A stretch of DNA of 64,000 nt from a virus. The stretch spans positions 64,001 to 128,000 of IMG/VR virus record IMGVR_UViG_3300048838_001106; one strand, written 5' to 3'. This document shows, piece by piece, positions 29,171-37,708 of the stretch; the stretch's first letter is position 1, and every line of letters starts with the position of its first letter. A program made the translations under genes and the position numbers. The notes under the pieces were generated by a model. That model did no database searches and was not told the origin of the DNA. It saw nothing but the letters and a program-made list of their open reading frames with translations.

Positions 29171-29695
29171 ATGTTTGTCATTCTTATGCAAGGACTTCCA
29201 GGCTCGGGTAAGTCCACAACCGTCGAGGGCCTTCGCCAGGCCCTTGAACAAAGTGACTACAAAGTAGTCGTCGTCTCCGCAGACGACTACTTTGTAGACG
29301 CATCTGGCGTCTACAACTTCGATCCGTCGAAGATCGTAGACGCCCACGCCCAGTGCCAGCTGAAATTTCAGGTGGCACTGGATAGTGATGAAGTAGAGTG
29401 CATCATCGTCGACAACACCAACACTCAGTGTTGGGAAGCGAAGCCATACGTGGAGATGGCTTCGCGAGTCGACTGCGCCGTCATCGTCGTTGAGGTCCAC
29501 ACAGACCTCGACGACGAGGCGCTCGCCGCGCGTAACACGCACGGCGTACCCGTGGGAGCCATTGCAGCCATGCGAGCACGCATGGAGCCCCTCTGCAGAG
29601 ACGATGCTCCCAGCATCGTCATGGGAGGAACGGTGGTCTCTAGACCCATCGCTACTTCCCGTATCCTGGCAAGCAAGGCTCCCTGGGAGTCTTGA
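29171..29695 (+). CDS. P-loop kinase, AAA_33 / N4BP2-like polynucleotide kinase family
   Basis: GLPGSGKST, SADDYF, IVDNTN, RNTHGVP. Confidence 0.85.
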   Translation: MFVILMQGLPGSGKSTTVEGLRQALEQSDYKVVVVSADDYFVDASGVYNFDPSKIVDAHAQCQLKFQVALDSDEVECIIVDNTNTQCWEAKPYVEMASRVDCAVIVVEVHTDLDDEALAARNTHGVPVGAIAAMRARMEPLCRDDAPSIVMGGTVVSRPIATSRILASKAPWES

Positions 29696-29786
29696 ATTGC
29701 CACCCCACGCACAGAGAGCCGCGCCGCGCATACCTTTCCTCCAGGGTGTGCGCGGCTTTTTTTTCGCATGGAGTAGGGAGATAGTT

Positions 29787-30161
29787 ATGGAATACTCAGA
29801 AAAAACCCACGCCCTCGGTGAGGAGCTGGACAGAATCAGCGAGCCTTACCACAAGGTAAAAGCTCGGCTTGCAGCGCACACCGAGGCCATGGAGCAAAAA
29901 GCGGAAGGGGACATCTTTCATGTTCCGAGCTTTGAAGACATTCTTCTCGCCGCCCGTCTTGAAAGGCGCTACGCAGCGTTACACACGGACTACACCGCGG
30001 CTCTCGAAGCCTACCGCGAAAGCAAGTGGGCCGAAGAGAGGGCGAATCCGGACTACGATCCGGTGGCAGAGTTCTTTGACGGGCTCGAGCTAGACCACCC
30101 TGACACGCAAATCTACTCCTACCGAGTTGGCGGGGAGGATGGGTGGCAGAGGGTTAAGTAG
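29787..30161 (+). CDS. Hypothetical protein
   Basis: GGGAG RBS. Confidence 0.65.
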   Translation: MEYSEKTHALGEELDRISEPYHKVKARLAAHTEAMEQKAEGDIFHVPSFEDILLAARLERRYAALHTDYTAALEAYRESKWAEERANPDYDPVAEFFDGLELDHPDTQIYSYRVGGEDGWQRVK

Positions 30162-30206
30162 ATCAGTCGCAAAGCGCTCGAAGGTCTTTAAGGTTCAGCA
30201 CTTTCC

Positions 30207-30231
30207 AGGGACAATTCCGTCCCTCTTTTTT
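30207..30231 (+). terminator. Intrinsic terminator
   Basis: AGGGAC-AATTCC-GTCCCT followed by T6. Confidence 0.7.
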
Positions 30232-30257
30232 AGGTCACAAATCGGGGGCATGGAACG

Positions 30258-30267
30258 GGTATAAGAA
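30258..30267 (+). promoter_or_regulatory. GGTATAAGAA promoter candidate
   Basis: Motif recurs intergenically, just after a terminator. Confidence 0.55.
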
Positions 30268-30313
30268 CATGATCAATCGACACAATTAAGTGTCTGATCT
30301 ATAAGGAGTTCTT

Positions 30314-30559
30314 ATGTCGAAATTCAATCCTGCAGATTATGAGACGGTTGTGTCCCCTGAGGGGCTTGAGCTAGAGATGGCTCAAGTCGCGATGCGCAGG
30401 GAGGAGGAGCGAAAGCTCTGGCGCCCCCCGCATCCCGACGACTTAGCCGAGATGGAGGAAGAGCGGGAGGAGGAGGCGTACCAGCGCCGTCTACAAATGG
30501 AGGACGAGGCGCTCGAGCGCCACCTAGACCGGCAGCTCTGGAAAGAGCAGCTGGATTAG
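30314..30559 (+). CDS. Small acidic protein
   Basis: TAAGGAG RBS. Confidence 0.65.
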   Translation: MSKFNPADYETVVSPEGLELEMAQVAMRREEERKLWRPPHPDDLAEMEEEREEEAYQRRLQMEDEALERHLDRQLWKEQLD

Positions 30560-30724
30560 CTCCTCGGGTTTCCTTCTACACCAGCGCTCCTGCGCCTTCT
30601 TTTTAGCTCACAAATTCCACACCCAATACTGGTGCAAGAAGCTGCGCAGAAATCGAAGACAAGAGCTGGTATAAGTTTGTGCAGACCATTGAAATAGATC
30701 GATGTCTGATAATCGGAGCACGAT

Positions 30725-31171
30725 ATGAGTGACGTAAAGAAAGGGTTTAACATCACGGTCGGTGTAGTACTGGCACTGATCTTTGCATTTGTGATTCTCC
30801 CAACAGGAGCCTGTGTGGGGTGCATGGTTCTTGGAGCCGGCTCTGCTGGGGTTGCCGAAGCCAACAGGCAGGTTGAGCAAGAGAAGCTCGGTCCAGAAAT
30901 CGAATTCAGCGGACTGGACTTTAAGGTGATTCCAAAAGGGCAGACAATTAGTGACGTGGCCTACAAGTTCACTGTCGTCAACAATCGCGACACAGAACTT
31001 ACCAAGTCATTCGGTGTCAAATTCCTGGACGCTGAGGGATTTCCCGTCGTTGAAGACACGCTCCTATTTGAGACTATTCCAGCGAGGTCTAGGCGCGTTG
31101 TTACAGGAGCACGCCTGGTGAAAAACCACCTGGCTGAAGCGGCACAGAGCATGAACGTAGAGGAAAAGTAG
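30725..31171 (+). CDS. Membrane-anchored protein with FxLYD-like domain
   Basis: N-terminal TM helix; V.N...VKFLDAEG. Confidence 0.65.
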   Translation: MSDVKKGFNITVGVVLALIFAFVILPTGACVGCMVLGAGSAGVAEANRQVEQEKLGPEIEFSGLDFKVIPKGQTISDVAYKFTVVNNRDTELTKSFGVKFLDAEGFPVVEDTLLFETIPARSRRVVTGARLVKNHLAEAAQSMNVEEK

Positions 31172-31198
31172 CACCACAGAAAACCAACACGGCGATCT

Positions 31199-31232
31199 GG
31201 TATAAGAAGTTGTAATGAACAATGAAGTTCAT
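31199..31232 (+). promoter_or_regulatory. GGTATAAGAA promoter candidate plus leader hairpin (copy 2)
   Basis: Repeat of 29120-29153. Confidence 0.6.
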
Positions 31233-31251
31233 ACACACCAATGGAGTTCTT

Positions 31252-31575
31252 ATGAAGATCACTGTGTTCAGACGAAAGCCTTCAACTAAGGCAGAGATGA
31301 TCTCGGCTATCGTCGTTATGGCGATAGCAGGTATTGTAATCTACATCGACGCCCAGGCCGAGAAGGCCGCTTGGGCGTCCCTGCCCAAAAGGCCGGAGCC
31401 CCGTGCTTCGGCTAAAAACACGGCCGACTCGCTCGAGGGTTATGCCCTCGAATTAGAGGAGTGGCTGTGCCGACGAGGCAGGCACGCTCCGGACAATGTC
31501 CGAGCTCACGCGCTCCGCGAGGCGGAGCAGGCACGCCACACGGCGTTCCAGGTAAGGTACATGAGAGCGTCGTGA
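31252..31575 (+). CDS. Small membrane protein
   Basis: GGAG RBS, one TM helix. Confidence 0.6.
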   Translation: MKITVFRRKPSTKAEMISAIVVMAIAGIVIYIDAQAEKAAWASLPKRPEPRASAKNTADSLEGYALELEEWLCRRGRHAPDNVRAHALREAEQARHTAFQVRYMRAS

Positions 31576-31604
31576 GTTGAAACGCCGTGTGGCTAGACTA
31601 GCTC

Positions 31605-31633
31605 AGGAGGTAATTCCACCTCCTCTTTTTTTT
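31605..31633 (+). terminator. Intrinsic terminator
   Basis: AGGAGGT-AATTCC-ACCTCCT followed by T8. Confidence 0.75.
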
Positions 31634-31703
31634 AGATGCCGTCAGATTGCGCGACCCTGATCTCGCAGGTATAACTGCAAAATACGATGTATTAGAGGAA
31701 GAC

Positions 31704-32534
31704 ATGTACAATCTTGGTTTTGCAACCGTTATGAAGACAGCAGGGCTATCTAAGACGGCTGTCACCCTGGATCAACTACGAAAGGCGACCAGTGCTCTGC
31801 AGAAAAACACGACTGTTGTCCGCAGAAGTCTCATGCCCGATGATATTTCTGGGGGATACTCGGGCGTAATTAGGCCCAGGAACCACCTCCCAGAAACCTT
31901 TGGATTGGGACCAAATACGCTGGGAAAAACCAAAGACAAAGACCTAGAAAGTAAGTTACGACAGATATATGGGGATATGTTGGACTGGTATCCCGAGGAA
32001 GATGTGGATCAGGCGCTCCAGGACGCTCTTGCAAGAACCAAGGCCGTGCACCAGCCATTTATGGCAGGCGGTAGGTCTACTATTTATCAGGGAGGAAGCC
32101 CTGCTATATGGATGAAGCACCTTGTCGACAGTGGCGATTTTCCATCCCCTCAAGCGCAAGGATTCCAGAACATGCTTAAATCCGGACCAGGACAGGAGGC
32201 ATTTAATCGGTCTACCCTGCTACATGAAGGGTCCGAAATCGGTAAGCAATTTGGTAAAAGGCTGTTTGAATCTCATTTGTCTACAAGGCCCATGCTCCAG
32301 GATATGAATATCGCAGCTACACTGCGCGGCCCAGGTAGCGAAGCTGCAGGAGCCATCAAAGACCTGCGTGCACCAGAAGTGGCGTCGTTGAACAAGTACG
32401 TTCCGGGCCTGGAGCGTCTAAATCTCGGAGAAAATCGAATTTCTCGCCACGCCCAGAAGCGCATCCAGCAATCTTACGAGCGCAGCCTCGACAGAGAAGG
32501 CGTGAAGGGTATTCCCGGTATTAACGCGCCTTGA
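31704..32534 (+). CDS. KxA-motif protein with HExxE cargo (putative virion-packaged protein)
   Basis: GAGGA RBS; N-terminus MYNLGFATVMKTAGLSKTA; LLHEGSE...SH. Confidence 0.7.
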   Translation: MYNLGFATVMKTAGLSKTAVTLDQLRKATSALQKNTTVVRRSLMPDDISGGYSGVIRPRNHLPETFGLGPNTLGKTKDKDLESKLRQIYGDMLDWYPEEDVDQALQDALARTKAVHQPFMAGGRSTIYQGGSPAIWMKHLVDSGDFPSPQAQGFQNMLKSGPGQEAFNRSTLLHEGSEIGKQFGKRLFESHLSTRPMLQDMNIAATLRGPGSEAAGAIKDLRAPEVASLNKYVPGLERLNLGENRISRHAQKRIQQSYERSLDREGVKGIPGINAP

Positions 32535-32541
32535 CCTGCTT

Positions 32542-33195
32542 TCACATCACCTTCAAGTACTTCGGCGCGATAATCCCAGTAGGCGTGTGAATCGACGCAT
32601 GCGGTACATTTGCCGCGTAGTACCCTTCGTTGTCAGGGTCCTCATAATGCTTCCACAATTCCTCTGGTGTCCGAGCTTGCAGCTCTCGAAGCTCAGCGTC
32701 CTCTAAGAACCGACGCCGCGTGTCTCCGCGACCATCCGGGGTCAGCTCAATCCCGAAGGCACGCGTCTCGGGCTCATCACGCATAAGTGCATCCATGTCG
32801 ACCTGGATTTTTGCGTAATCGTTCTGGCGAAGCGGATGCGCGTCTGCCAGTTGAACCGTGTCCGGAATATCAGAGAACATGACATTCGGGCCTTCAAAGA
32901 CGTCCTTCTCGTAGCCGGCTTGCGTACCCTGAATCGCGGACAGCAAGCGCCCTGTGCGCGTGCCTTTTGCCAGGGCCACGGCCTTCAGCAGCTCAGGGTT
33001 GGCAACCAGCCCTTTGTTCCCCGCAAGGCCGTGCGTCATAATCGAGTCTACCGAGGCAGGCGGCGCGTAGTGATAGACAGGAGCAAGGGGTTGAGGTGTT
33101 GGAGGTGTGACAACAGCAGGCGCAGGCGCAGGAACAACAGCGTCGAGCTCAGCAGTTTTGAGGACCAGGTTGTAGCCTACAGCATAGCTATTCAT
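32542..33195 (-). CDS. KxA-motif protein with ADP-ribosyltransferase-like start
   Basis: MNSYAVGYNLVLKTA, Pro linker, then VYHYAP...SIMTHGL. Confidence 0.65.
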   Translation of the reverse strand: MNSYAVGYNLVLKTAELDAVVPAPAPAVVTPPTPQPLAPVYHYAPPASVDSIMTHGLAGNKGLVANPELLKAVALAKGTRTGRLLSAIQGTQAGYEKDVFEGPNVMFSDIPDTVQLADAHPLRQNDYAKIQVDMDALMRDEPETRAFGIELTPDGRGDTRRRFLEDAELRELQARTPEELWKHYEDPDNEGYYAANVPHASIHTPTGIIAPKYLKVM

Positions 33196-34100
33196 CGTTC
33201 AAAGTACCCCAGACCAAGTCTGTCGCGGAGAGCCTGGCCTTCTTCTGCAGTGATATAGAAGCGTCCACCGGGCTGTACTGCGTCTTTGAACTGCGTGCGA
33301 ATCAAGCGGCGCGCTTCGTTCGCCTCGTCACTTATGTTCGGATCATGTTGCATATTTTTAATGTTGTCAAAATACGCGATGCCCGGCCTTTTCACCGTGC
33401 CTATATCGTCTACCATTGGAGAGGCCCAGCTGTTCCCAACCCCTTTTTGCCATGCACGGTCAATCGCCACCTCCGCATTCCATAAGAGGTCTGGGTCGCG
33501 TGCTATGCGATCAGACGTCTCTCGCTCTATTACATGGTTAGGCGACAGTGGCGTATCGAAAGGTAAGGTGGTCTCGGCATGAAAAGGCCGCGTTCGTCCT
33601 CCGAACCCGTCATAACTACTTTGGGTGGGTGCTCCTGTCCAAAGATCCATGTTTTGAAGTTTCCACTTATCTGTGTCGGCTTTTGAGGCGTCCACGTGGG
33701 TGGGGACGTATTCAGGATTTGCGCTGGTAAAGCGTGTTATTTGATGGCCTCGAGGACCACCAACCACATCTTGAACTCTGAGCCCAACCGGCACTTCCTC
33801 ACCCAACACACCTGGAATGACTTGCTTCGAAGGGAGTATTGGGAACGCATGACGCCAGCCTTTGCCTGCCAAAGCACCCAAGGCAGCTGTAGCCGCGCCG
33901 CCTACAACAGGCTTCGTCCAGTCGGGTTTTCGGTCGTTGACGAGCGTGTCTATTCCGAAACTTCCAGCGCCTATCGCACCGCCAGCAGCCCCAAGCCCGA
34001 TCGCATTCCGCGTAGCAGGGTGTAAGTCGTGCCACTTACTGAGGTCGAGCTTCGCAATCTTCATCAAGTGGGCGTACCCAGATTCGTAGTGTCTATTCAT
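33192..34100 (-). CDS. KxA-motif protein with glycine-zipper hairpin and unknown C-terminal domain
   Basis: MNRHYESGYAHLMKIA; IGLGAAGGAIGAG; GGAATAALGALAG. Confidence 0.7.
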   Translation of the reverse strand: MNRHYESGYAHLMKIAKLDLSKWHDLHPATRNAIGLGAAGGAIGAGSFGIDTLVNDRKPDWTKPVVGGAATAALGALAGKGWRHAFPILPSKQVIPGVLGEEVPVGLRVQDVVGGPRGHQITRFTSANPEYVPTHVDASKADTDKWKLQNMDLWTGAPTQSSYDGFGGRTRPFHAETTLPFDTPLSPNHVIERETSDRIARDPDLLWNAEVAIDRAWQKGVGNSWASPMVDDIGTVKRPGIAYFDNIKNMQHDPNISDEANEARRLIRTQFKDAVQPGGRFYITAEEGQALRDRLGLGYFER

Positions 34101-34104
34101 AATC

Positions 34105-35529
34105 TCAAAACTCCGGCTTCTTGCCTTTCGATTTGGAAAAGTCTTCCATCAATTCCAGGCCGCCATCTTTTGTTGGCCGCCAGCGTTTGGTCAAAGTAGG
34201 TCTTAGAGCACCTTCGGTGACTACTTTTTCGTAGTAGGGGGAGGTGTCAACGTGGGTGGGGTCTAACATCTTCGACGAGGCAATTTCCTCAGGAGACAGG
34301 TATCGAGAGTCCCTGGCTACGTGCGCGTGCCAGGGACTTTGCTCTTTAGGGGGGACTTTCGCAGGGTCAAACTCGAACACAGACGCTCTATTATGTGTGC
34401 CTTCGGCGTATTGCCGGGCCACGTCTGGATGCCCTGTCACCCACGTAGGATCTTTAGGCTCTACAACCTGGTACGGACTCTGAGCTCTGTATGCACGAGA
34501 TGCCGGGTCGAACATACTGTGTGACTTAAAAATCTCACCCGTCGAATAATTCAACGTTTGAATATCTGGATCTATGGGAGAGACGGGTGTAGCTCTCGTG
34601 TTCATGATGTATTTTCTCAGGCGAGAGCGCGCAGAATCCGCTTCGAGTTTCGCCTCCCTTGCAGCAGCAAATATCGCGGCCATATCTTCTCGAGGCATTC
34701 TCTGAGGATTTCTTACAGCGTTGTGCACCGTGTCGAGCACAGGATTGAGCGCCGAAGAGGACGTCCGAGACTCACTAACCCGGAGTTTGTCCGAGAGAGT
34801 TGCCAGCGCCTCAGCTGGAAACGCGGATAGTACATCTCCGGAATCTTGCAAATAAGAATCTACCAGGAAGGAGATGTCTTGTGCCTTCTCTTCTGGGGAC
34901 ATGACGCGCTCTAGGGTCCGCACAACATCGTGCGGCGACGCATCGTCTGGCAACGCCCTCAGATCGCGCTGAGCGTCAGGGTGCGCAAAACTAAACAACC
35001 TGGCTTGCTGAAGATTAGCAGGATCTGAGGATTGCCTAATCCACGAGGCTGGAACAGGGATGTTCTCAGCCCCAAGAATGCCAACAGCCTCTTCTGGCTT
35101 GAGAGGCCGATCGTGTAGCAGCTTATTGACACTGTATTGGATATTAGGGTTCAGGGCCTCGCCAGCAGACGCGTGAAGATGGTCTTCCCGAAGCGGGTTC
35201 CGCGGCAAGAAAGACTTCAAATACTTCTCAGGCTCATAAGTTTTAGACAATATGATCTGTTCAATGTCTTCAGACACGGGCAATCTTCGGGCAGTGTCAG
35301 CTAAAGGCGAGAACCGCGAATCTTGCGAACTTGTCCATTCGCGAATCGCAGATGGAACGCCTTCCCAGTCGCCCGTGCGTCTCCCCCACTGCAATCTCTC
35401 TGCAGACACAGGTGCATTGGGGTGCTCGATGTCCAGGAGCTTCTTCAAGAGCCTTGTGTTGATTGCCGTCTTTTCCAGGCCGGCCACTTTGACCACCGAA
35501 TTGTATCCATCGATATAACTTGACCGCAT
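34105..35529 (-). CDS. KxA-motif protein, C-terminal domain possibly ART-like
   Basis: MRSSYIDGYNSVVKVAGLEKTA; WVTGHPDVARQYA...YEKV. Confidence 0.7.
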   Translation of the reverse strand: MRSSYIDGYNSVVKVAGLEKTAINTRLLKKLLDIEHPNAPVSAERLQWGRRTGDWEGVPSAIREWTSSQDSRFSPLADTARRLPVSEDIEQIILSKTYEPEKYLKSFLPRNPLREDHLHASAGEALNPNIQYSVNKLLHDRPLKPEEAVGILGAENIPVPASWIRQSSDPANLQQARLFSFAHPDAQRDLRALPDDASPHDVVRTLERVMSPEEKAQDISFLVDSYLQDSGDVLSAFPAEALATLSDKLRVSESRTSSSALNPVLDTVHNAVRNPQRMPREDMAAIFAAAREAKLEADSARSRLRKYIMNTRATPVSPIDPDIQTLNYSTGEIFKSHSMFDPASRAYRAQSPYQVVEPKDPTWVTGHPDVARQYAEGTHNRASVFEFDPAKVPPKEQSPWHAHVARDSRYLSPEEIASSKMLDPTHVDTSPYYEKVVTEGALRPTLTKRWRPTKDGGLELMEDFSKSKGKKPEF

Positions 35530-36626
35530 CAAGTCCTCCTGGAAGGCCGCTGCACGGCGGTGGCAACCGCAGGCAGTGCCTCGGTGTGCGCGGCATACGG
35601 CGCTGGCACTGTTTCAGCGCGCGGACCTTGTCTGTGCACTTTCTTTACTGGTATCTCTCCTCGATGCATGTAAGCACGCATGTCCGATGCTGAGCTGGAC
35701 AGCCTTGTGAGCGGGGTGGGGCCGCCCCACTGTGCGCGCTGCAAGTTCGGGAAGTAGCCAGATTTTGGATTAGCCGCGCCCTCCTCTACGTGGATACCAT
35801 GACCCGTTTGCGGAGAATACACGCCATCCGACGGGCGCGTCGGTATGAAGTCCACAACCTTTGATCTTCCGTCCGCTGTTACAGCAATGTTGTTGCCGTG
35901 ACTAGACCGCTGCCATGTGTCAGCGAAGTCCTCGCTGCGAAATCCTGGGTGCGCCCGGTCTAGAGACCTACGAAGCGCCGCCTCGTCATAGTGCGTGTTG
36001 CCGCCTGTCTGTGCGTGAGGCACGTACTCCGTGTAGTGAGTTCGATACTCCTTGCCGGTGACTGGACTGGTGACCGTCTTTGCGCCGTACAGCTCTGTAA
36101 GAGGATTGTCCTCCTTGGCGAAGCGGCGTTGCGATGCCTGCATGATTTGTTCTTTTCGCCTCACGCCCTTAGGAGAGTAGATGGCCGAGTCCGGGTTGTA
36201 CGTCTTGCGTGCGACCAGTTGACCTTTGTGAGCCACTAGATCTGCGATGCCTTCACCGCCAGTTCCCAGGTGACCGACGTATTCCCTGGGAGAGTAGCCT
36301 CGCTGCTGCATGGTAGCTAGAAGCTGGTTCGCCTTGTCAGGAGAGGCACCTGCCTGGATGCGGTCAGGAGCAAGGCGAGTCTTTTTTAGAGGCGTTTGTG
36401 GTGCGGTGGCGCCAGGAAACGCCGCAGCAGTCTCCGCGTACGCTGAAGGCTGTGTTTCGGCTACGGTCGAAGCGTACCTAGTCGGCGCTGCTTTGTTGAC
36501 ATAAGATGGCTCCGTGCTCTTTAACAGAGACCGCAATATCTTTGTCTCTCGCCTGGCCGCTTCTTTTTCGAGCAGCCCTGCAGCAGCGTATACAGCGTCC
36601 ATGCCGTCGAAGTAGTTTCTGGTCAT
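35529..36626 (-). CDS. KxA-motif protein with protein-kinase-like domain
   Basis: MTRNYFDGMDAVYAAAGLLEKEA; LGTGGEG, VARK, TEYV, D...HGNNI, VVDF. Confidence 0.7.
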   Translation of the reverse strand: MTRNYFDGMDAVYAAAGLLEKEAARRETKILRSLLKSTEPSYVNKAAPTRYASTVAETQPSAYAETAAAFPGATAPQTPLKKTRLAPDRIQAGASPDKANQLLATMQQRGYSPREYVGHLGTGGEGIADLVAHKGQLVARKTYNPDSAIYSPKGVRRKEQIMQASQRRFAKEDNPLTELYGAKTVTSPVTGKEYRTHYTEYVPHAQTGGNTHYDEAALRRSLDRAHPGFRSEDFADTWQRSSHGNNIAVTADGRSKVVDFIPTRPSDGVYSPQTGHGIHVEEGAANPKSGYFPNLQRAQWGGPTPLTRLSSSASDMRAYMHRGEIPVKKVHRQGPRAETVPAPYAAHTEALPAVATAVQRPSRRT

Positions 36627-37166
36627 TTACTTGGTCCGGGAGTACAAATAGGTAGCAGCTGCACCAGGAGCACCGACGTAGAGGGCCGCGTCAGACACGG
36701 ACACGCCTTTTCTGGCCGTGTCTTTTAAGTCACGGAGCATCTTAGATCCCTTCGCCCCAACACTTTTTGCTGGCAGCCTGGCGACCTTCATTATGGTGTT
36801 GTAGCCATCACTGTAGCTGCTTTCTTTGCTGAAATGGTCGTGCAGTTTGTTTACGCCGTAAACTGTGGCGCCTATACCACCCAAGATTCCTGCGCCGGCG
36901 AGTCTTCGCCCCTTCATGGTCATCTTCCTGTTAGCGATGGCCTTGTGCCCGGCGTCTTCCATCGGAATGCCCTCGTCCACCATTTTCCTGATGGCCCTGG
37001 ACGAGTCCTTGTCGCGCTTGGTGTCAACTGTCATGTTGAGGTACTTTAAGCCAGCCGCATTTGCTGCCGTGCCCCCAATGGCCGCCGCCGCACCAGGAGG
37101 CAAAGCAGATTCTTCTTGGTACGTGGCATATGCTGGCGCAGGGCCGTAGCCCAATTTTGTTGTCAT
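36627..37166 (-). CDS. Glycine-zipper protein with internal KxA motif
   Basis: Internal SYSDGYNTIMKVA; hydrophobic Gly/Ala segments. Confidence 0.65.
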   Translation of the reverse strand: MTTKLGYGPAPAYATYQEESALPPGAAAAIGGTAANAAGLKYLNMTVDTKRDKDSSRAIRKMVDEGIPMEDAGHKAIANRKMTMKGRRLAGAGILGGIGATVYGVNKLHDHFSKESSYSDGYNTIMKVARLPAKSVGAKGSKMLRDLKDTARKGVSVSDAALYVGAPGAAATYLYSRTK

Positions 37167-37183
37167 CGTGGTTCTCGCCGTGG

Positions 37184-37675
37184 TTAGATCTCGTCAGCTG
37201 CCTGTAATCCTGCCCAGATACCGTGACGCGCCGCGCCTTCACCCGCTACACCACCTAGCAGACCTGCTATTACGTTAGGGCTTAGCGGGATTTTGACATT
37301 TCGAATTTTAATTTCGTCTGGAAGATTCCCACGCAGAGCATGTCTGGCGATGGCCGACACCACTTGATCGGTGCCTTCTCCGGCGACTTCGCCGCCGATT
37401 GCAGCCCCAAGTTGGTACTTCAAGTCCAGATCTCTGGTGCCGTACATAGCCCCCAGTCCAGGCGCCATGCGCGCACCAACGTTAAACGGGGACAGCTTTC
37501 TGCCAGTTAGGGCGTGCGCTGCTTCTAGAGGGAACTGCGCATAGAAGCCAGCGGACCGGCCAGCCACAGCGTCTTCGGTAGCTTTGTCCAAATCAGGGCC
37601 GAAAGGCCAGGCGGCTGTTTTTGTTGGGAGGCCCGCGTGCGCCAGCACCAGATTGAACCCTGTATGATACGTCAC
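37184..37675 (-). CDS. KxA-motif glycine-rich hydrophobic protein
   Basis: GTG start MTYHTGFNLVLAHAGLPTKTA; GGAG RBS. Confidence 0.65.
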   Translation of the reverse strand: MTYHTGFNLVLAHAGLPTKTAAWPFGPDLDKATEDAVAGRSAGFYAQFPLEAAHALTGRKLSPFNVGARMAPGLGAMYGTRDLDLKYQLGAAIGGEVAGEGTDQVVSAIARHALRGNLPDEIKIRNVKIPLSPNVIAGLLGGVAGEGAARHGIWAGLQAADEI

Positions 37676-37708
37676 GCCCTTGCTCCGTAGCTGCGGTAAA
37701 ACATCGCC

